A stretch of DNA of 15,320 nucleotides from Octopus sinensis (GCF_006345805.1 NW_021825591.1:1-15320), one strand, 5' to 3'. Shown: positions 1 to 8,089, numbered from the stretch's first letter. Numbers and translations are program-made. The notes: a model not told the origin generated them from the letters alone.

Positions 1-46
1 GAACTCGGAATCTTGGGGTTAGTAGCCCGCATTCATAACCACATGC
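1..46 (-). mobile_element. tRNA-derived SINE head fragment, cut by the window edge
   Basis: Reverse complement reads GCATGTGGTTATGAATGCGGGCTACTAACCCCAAGATTCCGAGTTC. It has an A-box-like GTGGTTA and the start of a B-box (GAGTTC). Confidence 0.6.
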
Positions 47-50
47 TCAC

Positions 51-87
51 GGGCATATTGCGTAGTGCTTAAGAGCGCGAGCTGCTC
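51..87 (+). mobile_element. Second, truncated tRNA-derived head in the opposite orientation
   Basis: GGGCATATTGCGTAGTGCTTAAGAGCGCGAGCTGCT aligns with the reverse complement of 1-46 (GTG(C/G)TTA.GA..GCG.GCT.CT). Confidence 0.55.
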
Positions 88-230
88 ATGAATAGCAATA
101 GCGAAAGCGGTCGATATATTGAAAATTATATTAAAACTATGTAAGTGTGCGTATTTTCCTTTTTTAATTTCTTATATACATTACAACTCACCACGTGGGG
201 ATAATCGAAATTCCTCTATTCTGTTGCTAC

Positions 231-256
<26 letters not shown>
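231..256. repeat. (TA)n microsatellite
   Basis: Direct reading. Confidence 0.95.
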
Positions 257-263
<7 letters not shown>

Positions 264-431
264 ATCTATTGATAAAAATGGTAAACGACGAAAGAAAGAA
301 AGAGATCTCGATATTAATGTAAATAGAGGAATTTACCTGTAAATGTAATATGTGACAATTATTCGGTAGCCATGATAAAACTCAGAGTTTTATCATGGCT
401 ACCGAATAATTGTCACATATTACATTTACAG

Positions 432-435
<4 letters not shown>

Positions 436-472
<37 letters not shown>

Positions 473-770
473 GTGTGTGTGTGTGTGTGTTTGTATGTGT
501 GGTGTGTATGTATGTATGCATGTATACACACAGGCATAGATAGACACAGACACTCAGACACGCACATTCATATACAGACACACCTACAAATACATCGGCA
601 TTTTTGCAAATAAATGCCGATCTATATTTTGTTGTTTATTACACACAAATACGCATGCGCACAAGCTTACACACGCACATGCATGAGCACACCTAAATAA
701 ATAAATACATACATTCATACATACATATATACATTCGTTCGTTTATATGTACGCATGTATGTAAATTATA
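436..770. repeat. Compound microsatellite: (TA)n, (TG)n, then degenerate TATG/CA/TACA
   Basis: TA 436-470 and TG 472-490, with a degenerate continuation. Confidence 0.85.
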
Positions 771-1393
771 TTAGTTCAGTCTATAAAGTTATATAAACAC
801 AATTTGCTTTCATTAATTCGCAGCGGAATTTCAATTAGGTTAAGTTAAGAAATGGATTTTTCCTGTATCATAGATTGTGTTTGCAAATACATTTTGCTCT
901 GTTACTTGTGTGAATAGAAATATTAAATCGATTGAGAAGAAACACGGGTACAGTATTATGAAATTGCATTAAAGTGCTAGGCTAAACGTCTGTATAGACA
1001 ATTTGTTACGTCAATGATTAGTGTTTGGGTTGAATATTGCACATTGGGAATAAACCACCAGCGTTTTGGAGATAAATATCAAGACCATTTTTATTTAGAT
1101 ATTCATGAAATTTGCCATCTTGGACTCTAAGCATATCAGATTATAGTGTCTGCTGTTTATATTCCTTTTGGATTATCTGTGCTAGTTCGGTTACCTCTGA
1201 GGAATTTGGCTTTTAATAACTATTGAATTTTGTACTTCTGGTGTTTTGCTGCTTTATATGGTTGGGTATTATCGTACAGATCTAACCGTTGGTTTGACAA
1301 AATCTATACGTACAATAGTAGGTTGAATTTTTCATTTAGAGAAAAAGAATATTTTTTTATTGTTAGCATTTCAACATTTTAAGAAATATGGCA

Positions 1394-1423
1394 TCCGTTT
1401 CCCATAGCAACGAAACGGAAGTG
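1394..1423. promoter_or_regulatory. Candidate RFX X-box-like site next to an ETS-like site
   Basis: GTTTCCCATAGCAAC (1397-1411) is a 15-bp variant of the X-box GTTNCCATRGCAAC. CGGAAGTG (1416-1423) matches the ETS/GABP core. Motif match only. Confidence 0.35.
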
Positions 1424-2298
1424 AGACAAAAACGATGATAATAAACCCTGCTACCACAATAAATGCTGTAAGATATAACATTATAACTATTGTTTTTCAA
1501 GTACTTTGCAGAGATTGGAAAAAAGAAGTGGCATAAGAAGGATAAGAAGCTCTACTACTGGATTTAGTGCAATAATCTTTCCCATTATGAATATTGTCAA
1601 CACTAATTCTGTTCAGGTTTAAGACGGCAACAGAGAGATATCATTGGTCATCTTGCCGCCGTCAGCCACATCACGGCTACCTCGGTCTGAGAAAGAACCA
1701 GAAATAGGAAAGAATTAGAGGAGAGTATAATATAGACCAAAATGAAGCATGACCAGCCGTGGAATCGATACGTCAGTTCCCTAAACTATAAACAATATAT
1801 TCGCCCATTATAGTCCTCGGACCACTCCAGGTTGTACCGCCAATAAATAAAATCCAACCTTATATGATATCAGGAGTTGCAGTATCTAAGCATTAGAAAA
1901 CAGAGTAGGAAAGTAATTCCCTCAACAACGGGGTCCACAATAATGTTTCGATCATATCGTCTTGGTTTAACCAAAATGACATTTGTGACAAGAAGTTCTA
2001 CAGTAGGAAAGAAACGAAAGGGATTCGCAAATGTAAACCTAAGTTCGGTTATTATGTGGGCTGACAAGAGCGATATAATGAGCCACATCTTCCTTCACCT
2101 CCTCATTTTGAACAATTTAAGAGCAATAGTGCTCATCGAGACAGAAAATTAACAGATCTTTGGTGAAATCATATGAATAGTTTATATACTAATCACAGAT
2201 GTATTTTTATATGATACCAGGAATTTCCTATCAGTGCAAAGGCTTACTTACCTATGCATGCAAAGTTTGGATCTGGCAGACTTTGGGGCGAAGAAACC

Positions 2299-2355
<57 letters not shown>

Positions 2356-2368
2356 AAGAGAGAGAGAA

Positions 2369-2399
<31 letters not shown>

Positions 2400-2453
2400 A
2401 AAAGAGAAAGAGAAAGAGAGCGAGAAAGAGAGAGAGAAAGAGAGAGAGAGAAA

Positions 2454-2494
<41 letters not shown>
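2299..2494. repeat. (GA)n / GAGAAA compound purine microsatellite
   Basis: Direct reading. It explains the RE-rich and SL-rich ORFs in the track. Confidence 0.97.
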
Positions 2495-2497
<3 letters not shown>

Positions 2498-3112
2498 CTA
2501 GCAAAATATGGAAATCAATACCCCTTGGTCATACACAAAAACCTGTCAACATCATCAGCCATCTTGACCTGCTCTTGCTCCCCACGGATTAAGATTGTAA
2601 CTGACGCGAGGGTGACGTTGAGGGTGGTCCACCCTGTACCTTAAACAAAAAAAATCATTGCACAAGACATCAGTCATCCTTAAGGACCACGTGATGTTCA
2701 TCATGGATCCGACAAACGAGGAGAGATATTAGCAATTAATGAAGCGATAATGTCGGAATGATGCGGAAGCAAATTTCGTTAGTGAAAGTAGAGGTCAAAA
2801 CCAGATGCAGTCTTCTGGTCAATGCTCGTGCTTCTACTATTGTTGTTTTATGTAATCGCAGCTGTTGTTTCTCTTATCGTCATTAATGAGTCAATTCTCC
2901 TATTTTTGTTGTTATTTTTGTTGTTGTTTTTAACAGATATTCAGCAGTTGCTGACGCTTTTGTAGTTGTTAATCAAATATTATTAATGCCGTTCATAACG
3001 CAAGGCATAGAAATGATAATGAGAGTGTTTGATTTTTAATTCTTAACTTTTAATTCTTCGAGAAGTTGCTGTGACAGATGCATTAGTTATGTCATAAAAT
3101 TATTAAATTGTT

Positions 3113-3541
3113 TCAGCCTGTAATGATATGCATAAGATCTGGTCATCAAATCTAAGTAGAGACTTCAAACTTAAAATCTTCGAAGCCACAGTCGAACCAG
3201 TTCTACTATATGTCTCAGAAACCTGGACGTTATTAAGGAAGCTTGAGAGGCGGTTGGATGGAACCTACACTCGCCTCCTTATGAGAGCTCAAAATCTCTC
3301 GTGGGAGCGTCATCCAATCAAAGTACAAATATATGGGAAATTACCACCTGCATCATCTCTTGTGAAAGGTAGAAGAGTCCAGTTTGCTGGACATTGTTGT
3401 AGAGCTGAAAACGGTAATTTCTACTCTTCTCCTCTGGAAGCCATCTGCTCTCGATACCAGAGGGCGCACTCTCTCCTACCCTGATGTAATCTCCTGGGAT
3501 ACACGCATCCATCAACAGGGCTGATGATGATGATGATGATG
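3113..3541 (+). mobile_element. 5'-truncated RTE-clade (RTE/RTEX-like) LINE, 3' end of the RT ORF, frameshifted, with (GAT)n tail
   Basis: Translation SACNDMHKIWSSNLSRDFKLKIFEATVEPVLLYVSETWTL..RLDGTYTRLLMRAQNLSW..H....IYGKLP....RRVQFAGHCCR matches the RTE C-terminal pattern LLYGSETWT/RRLRFAGH. After a frameshift near 3412 it continues VISTLLLWKPS..RGRTLSYPDVI. It ends in (TGA)n at 3522-3541. Confidence 0.9.
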
Positions 3542-3632
3542 TTGGGGCAAGGAATGGATGTTATTGTTGTTGTTGGAAGAATTACTAGTAATAACGGTCG
3601 GTATGTAAAAACTTGTGCACAACGGGATTTAC

Positions 3633-3800
3633 TTCCCATTTTGCTTAAGTCGAATCGCACACATCCAAATATTTGATCGCATGATGTTTAATGAGGAAGA
3701 AACATTCACATTTCTACCCATTCCGCGGTTTATGTGATACGTTGAATTGTACATGTAATAGAGTTCAGAATTCCGTTTCAAATACAAGAGTAATTCATGG
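3633..3800 (-). CDS. Candidate coding exon A (168 nt, phase 2-2), paralog of 3974-4129
   Basis: Acceptor TTTTCATCAG with an upstream CTAAT branch-like site, and donor GTAAAT. The frame is open, with 30/39 aa identity to exon B over the aligned core. Confidence 0.55.
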
Positions 3801-3973
3801 CTGATGAAAATTACAGCACTATAAATTAGCAAAAAGGTGTTAAAAATTTGTTTTTAAATTTTAGTTCAGCTTGTCTAGAAAATATATGATAGATAAAACC
3901 AGACAAATGAAGGAGTTGATAAAGAAACCCCTATTAAAATGTCATGTTTCTAAGAAGAAATGATGGAATTTAC

Positions 3974-4129
3974 TTTGCATTTTGTTTAAGTCTAATCGCA
4001 CACATCCAAACATTTGATCGCATCATGTGTAATGAGGAAGGAATATTCATATTTTTGCCCATCCCGCGGTTTATGTGATACGTGGACGTGTACTTAAAAT
4101 AGACTTGAGAATTTTGTAAAGAAAATTTC
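3974..4129 (-). CDS. Candidate coding exon B (156 nt, phase 2-2)
   Basis: Acceptor TTTCTATCCAG and donor GTAAAT. The frame is open, with 16 differences and no indels versus exon A over 119 nt. Confidence 0.55.
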
Positions 4130-4974
4130 CTGGATAGAAATGTTTCATACTGGAATATCTGTGAAGCCAACTTATTTTCGGTGCAAATTTATATGGCATC
4201 AATATCCTGCCAAAATGAGATTTACCATCCCCAAAAGCATAAGCCAAATGCAATTATTGAAAGTTGTTACATTGAACCGGATTCATAAAGAACGCCGGCC
4301 TTTCGAAGATATGTCACACTGTTTCAAAAGTGGAAGGCGATTTATTTTAAAATCAAAGGTCAAAATAATGATAAGCGTAAAATATTGTTTACGATGGGTT
4401 TTAAATTGAATATGAGAGCAAAAGATATTTTCTGTAAAAGGCAATCGCAGAAAATACAATAAAGAAATAGTAATATTTTTATCAAATGATTTGTATGCAT
4501 TCACAAATGAGCAGATTGATATATGGAGATATGGATGTATTTGCCTGTTACATTTGTGGATGTACATACACATAGCTATCTATATATCAACCTCTCTCTT
4601 TCTCTCTCTCTCACCATCTCTCCCTTTATATATATATATATAAATTTAAATAATAAGAAAATGGAGAAAATTTTTAATCATCAAACAAACAAATTGAATT
4701 ACATCGGTTGATTGCTATTTAATACAACACATGACATAACATTCCTTACGGCCGTTTCCACTTCCAGTGTTGGTCGGTACTTACGTAGGACATTCCGAGA
4801 GTAATATTCGTCATGTCATCTTCATAGCACATTCTATTTATTCTGTTGTTACATGTACCCTATAAGCTGAGCATAGTGTACTTGCATACCCACACCCAGG
4901 GATAGCACAGGTAATTGATACCGATACTGTTATCTCTTAGTCGGTTACTACAACCGGTAACTCTGCCTGCCTTT

Positions 4975-4976
<2 letters not shown>

Positions 4977-5024
<48 letters not shown>
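4977..5024. repeat. (TA)n(TG)n microsatellite
   Basis: Direct reading. It abuts the tail of the SINE at 5026. Confidence 0.95.
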
Positions 5025-5025
<1 letters not shown>

Positions 5026-5420
5026 TCCTTTACTCTTTTACTGATTTCATCCAGAGGCTGGGGCCATGCTGGAGCACCGCCTTTAGTCGAACAAATCGAC
5101 CCAAGGACTTATTCTTTGTAAACCTGGTACTCCTATCGAACTCTTTTGTCAACCCCTAGGTTAACGGGTGGTAATCACATCAACTTCAGTTGTCAAGCGA
5201 TGCTGGGGAGACAACACAGACACACAAACATATCTACATACATTCATATATATATATATATAAGGGACTTCTTTCAGTTTCCGTATTTACAAGTCTTTAG
5301 TCGGCCTGATGTTATCGGGTCATAGTAGAAGATTCTTGCCCAAGGTGCCATGGAGTTGGACCGTATCTAGAACCATGTGGTTGGGAAGCAAGCTTCTTAC
5401 CACACAGCCACGTCTGTGCT
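5026..5420 (-). mobile_element. Near full-length, diverged copy of tRNA-derived SINE family 1
   Basis: Reverse complement aligns along its length to the plus-strand copy at 7530-7927 (e.g. GGCGGTGCTCCAGCATGGCC, CTTGACAAC, GGAAACTGAAAGAAG, AACCACATGGTTC). Confidence 0.9.
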
Positions 5421-5504
5421 TATACATATATAATATTTGTGGTGAATTGACTCTCGAAGTACATATAATTATATATATATACTTCGAAACTTTGCAGGAA
5501 AGTG

Positions 5505-5592
5505 GTTAGTCTATTAGATATACCCCACTGTTAGACTGAAACTTATTTTATCGACCTCGAAAGGATCAACGGCAAAGTCAACCTCGGTAGCA
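5505..5592 (-). mobile_element. Central/3' fragment of a second SINE family
   Basis: Reverse complement CCGAGGTTGACTTTGCCGTTGATCCTTTCGAGGTCGATAAAATAAG resembles a cephalopod SINE core as I recall it. It shares GATA.AATAAGT with family 1. Confidence 0.5.
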
Positions 5593-5661
5593 TCTTGTCC
5601 GGAGAGTGACCAATAATAATAGATAATTTTGGGGTTGGAAAACTCTTTTCGATAGCAAAAT

Positions 5662-5730
5662 TCGAAACATCTGGTATTCGAACCCACATCCTTTGTGAAC
5701 GGGATTTTCTAGCATAGTACCAACGCTATC
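5662..5730 (-). pseudogene. Degenerate tRNA-like fragment (tRNA pseudogene or SINE head)
   Basis: B-box-like GTGGGTTCGAATACC on the minus strand, preceded by a variable-arm-like segment. No complete cloverleaf. Confidence 0.3.
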
Positions 5731-5767
5731 ACTTTAATAGTATGTAACGACAATATGTATAAATATA

Positions 5768-5820
5768 AGGGGGTGCTCCAGCATGCCCACAGTCAAATGA
5801 CTCTAAAAGAGTAAAGGAAT
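5768..5820 (+). mobile_element. 3' fragment of SINE family 1
   Basis: GGGGGTGCTCCAGCATGCCCACAGTCAAATGACT..AAAGAGTAAAGG matches 7876-7927. Confidence 0.8.
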
Positions 5821-5867
5821 ATATCCGCACAGGGCGCGGGTTTTAAGCTAGTACTTATTTAAACTGC

Positions 5868-6198
5868 AATTGAAAAATTAACAATTGCAGCGTGGAAGGT
5901 GTTTGTAAGCCATTTAAGAAACACACAAAAGCCGTTCGATTCACTTCAACTTTTAAGTTTAATTTGTTCACTAACAAAATCCGTCAGCACGGATTTTTGT
6001 CAGTGAACAGGTCGCGGATTTTAGCGACGAAAATATTTTGACAAATTAAACTTAAATGTTGAAGTGAATCGAACGGCTTTTGTGTGTTCCTTAAATGGCT
6101 TACAAACACCTTCCACGCTGCAATTGTTTTCGTTCCAGCACACGATCTCAGATCAAATCACTTGCTATGCGAGTACATCTCCGTAATTGAAAAATTAA
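5868..6198. mobile_element. Foldback/MITE-like element with 88-bp inverted arms, nested hairpin and 14-bp flanking direct repeats
   Basis: Arms 5880-5967 and 6041-6128 are reverse complements with 2 mismatches. The inner hairpin at 5966-6008 has loop CAGC. AATTGAAAAATTAA occurs at 5868-5881 and 6185-6198. Confidence 0.85.
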
Positions 6199-6464
6199 AA
6201 ACTTGAAAATCGATTAATATTTCAAAGTGGGGGTATTATAAAACTATTTGTTTACTGTTTCGTTTATAGTTTATTAATGTGATGAAACGGAATAAAAGCA
6301 TACGCTCTCGCAAATTTTTACACCTATAAACTCCCTTTTCCCTATCTCTGTTTAACGTTTTATTTACTACTTCCGATATGTGTATAATATATATCACTCC
6401 CAAGGTCTAAATTCTTTCATCTATAACTATCGGTTACTCAAAATCGGATTCTATCTAACGCTAG

Positions 6465-6621
6465 AAGAGCGAAAATGCTTAAAGTATTTGAAGTCATATT
6501 CGAATCATTACCATCAGGTATGCATGTATATTATAACTTAACGCAACAGTAGATAAACGGTGAGCTGACACTATCTTTATTTTTCCATGTAGATCTTCGA
6601 TGTTACCATGAGAATATTTTG
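6465..6621 (+). CDS. Candidate pair of short exons (6465-6517 and 6593-6621) around a canonical 75-nt intron
   Basis: Donor CAG|GTATGC, branch-like CTGAC (6565-6569), TTTATTTTTCCATGTAG acceptor and downstream donor TTG|GTAAAG. One spliced frame gives RAKMLKVFEVIFESLPSDLRCYHENIL. No homolog recognised. Confidence 0.35.
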
Positions 6622-7529
6622 GTAAAGATTATTTGTTTGAAGGTGACAGTGTAATATGTATATTGATTTTAAAAAAAATATATTTAAGAGTTATGTCGAA
6701 ACTTCCGCTTTCGTTTTCACACATTTTAATCAAACACAATAATCGATCGACTGATGCTTGTGATAAACATGTTGTTATCAAACTGAAAAATATAAATGAA
6801 TATATAAATAATTATATGAATTAAATTTATATAACTGAATTGGAATTATATTTGTGAAAATAAAAATCATGTTTAAATCGCTAATGGGAAAGCTAAAAGC
6901 GAATAATACGATGCATCGAGAAAATAAATACAAAATTTACTATTCAGAAACCATAGATATGATTTTGATATAAGTTTTAATTACTAAAACTAATATATCT
7001 GTAAATTGAAATTTGGGGAATCTATTGAATTATACCATTAGATGTACTCTGAGTGGAAATACATGCATAAAACATCACCATGATTGTCAAGCTATTGAAA
7101 TGTAAATGGTTTGCCGACATATTGCATTATATCAGTTTTCATTTTCTTGAAGTAGTTTTCATAACGCACTTAACTGAAACAACTCATATGAATATTTATC
7201 TCTGCATAGACATTGCTGATTATGAAACTTAGATTATTATTCTGTCGATTTTCTGGTTCGTACCTCTCCTTCTAGAGGCAACGGTTGGGTATGGCTTGGA
7301 TGTTTCAATCAAATATGTCGGTTTAATATGCAGAATAATTTATTACGCCGCATCAAAATTTTATTTTCGATTTTGTATGAGATGCACACATTACAAAAAA
7401 ACTAATAAACAGAAAACAAAATAAACAACAAAAATAGAATATGCTGGGAATGCTTTTATTTATTTGTACTCTTCCTGCAAACTCCCATACAAGCACGTGA
7501 AGTTCATTAGATATATATATATAGATATA

Positions 7530-7924
7530 GGCGCAGGAGTGGATGTGTGGTAAGTAGCTTGCTAACCAACCACATGGTTCCGGGTTCAGTCCCACTGCGT
7601 GGCATGTTGGGAAAGTGTCTTCTGCTATAGCCCCGGGCCGACCAATGCCTTGTGAGTGAATTTGGTAGACGGAAACTGAAAGAAGCCTGTCGTATATATG
7701 TATATATATATGTATGTGTGTGTGTTTTTTTTTTTTTTTGTCCCCCTAGCATTGCTTGACAACCGATGCTGGTGTGTTTACGTCCCCGTCACTTAGCGGT
7801 TCGGCAAAAGAGCCCGATAGAATAAGTACTGGGTTTACAAAGAATAAGTCCCGGGATCGATTTGCTCGACTAAAGGCGGTGCTCCAGCATGGCCGCAGTC
7901 AAATGACTGAAACAAGTAAAGAGA

Positions 7925-7927
<3 letters not shown>
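7530..7927 (+). mobile_element. Full-length tRNA-derived SINE family 1 with internal (TA)(TG) microsatellite
   Basis: tRNA-like head GGCGCAGGAGTGGATGTGTGGTAAG...GGGTTCAGTCCC (A-box and B-box), internal microsatellite at about 7692-7740 and a purine-rich tail. Multiple homologous copies occur in this window. Confidence 0.92.
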
Positions 7928-7979
<52 letters not shown>

Positions 7980-8068
7980 TAAAGAGAGATAGAGAGATGG
8001 ATAGATAGATAAATAGATATGTAGATACATACATACATTCTTACATACATTCATGCATACATACATAC
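7928..8068. repeat. Compound (TA)n(GA)n(GATA)n(TACA)n microsatellite
   Basis: Direct reading, directly after the SINE tail. Confidence 0.93.
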
Positions 8069-8089
8069 CGTGTTAGCTTTTACCTGTTT

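Larger units (their letters stand above)
3633..4272 (-). pseudogene. Three-exon gene model (probable pseudogene or null allele) for a secreted repeat protein
   Basis: Exons 4272-4226, 4129-3974 and 3800-3633 are joined by GT-AG introns of 96 and 173 nt. All donors are GTAAAT and the phases are compatible. Spliced product: M*QLSIIAFGLCFWGWKFSLQNSQVYFKYTSTYHINRGMGKNMNIPSSLHMMRSNVWMCAIRLKQNANHELLLYLKRNSELYYMYNSTYHINRGMGRNVNVSSSLNIMRSNIWMCAIRLKQNG. Confidence 0.5.

Noticed and set aside
119-613. YI/CV-rich ORFs
   Set aside because: Translations of (TA)n and (TG)n microsatellites.
1018-1134. Minus-strand 38-aa ORF MLRVQDGKFHEYLNKNGLDIYLQNAGGLFPMCNIQPKH
   Set aside because: Protein-like, but short, without convincing splice sites and without a recognised motif.
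1870-2152. Listed ORFs of 72 and 91 aa
   Set aside because: No recognisable domain. They overlap on opposite strands and are of a size expected by chance.
2199-2644. RE-rich and SL-rich ORFs resembling splicing factors or membrane proteins
   Set aside because: Artefacts of the (GA)n tract.
3640-4080. Plus-strand reading of the duplicated unit (CLSRIAHIQIFDRMMFNEEETFTFLPIPRFM*)
   Set aside because: It has more radical substitutions and no matching splice sites. The minus-strand frame explains the conservation boundaries better.
3628-4113. Direct repeats as a CRISPR-like or satellite array
   Set aside because: Only two long copies with exon-like features, in a eukaryotic context, with no repeat-spacer periodicity.
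4112-4470. Plus-strand frame with one internal stop (ENFLDRNVSYW...EPDS*RTPAFRRY...)
   Set aside because: No recognised motif, and it is antisense to the better-supported exon model.
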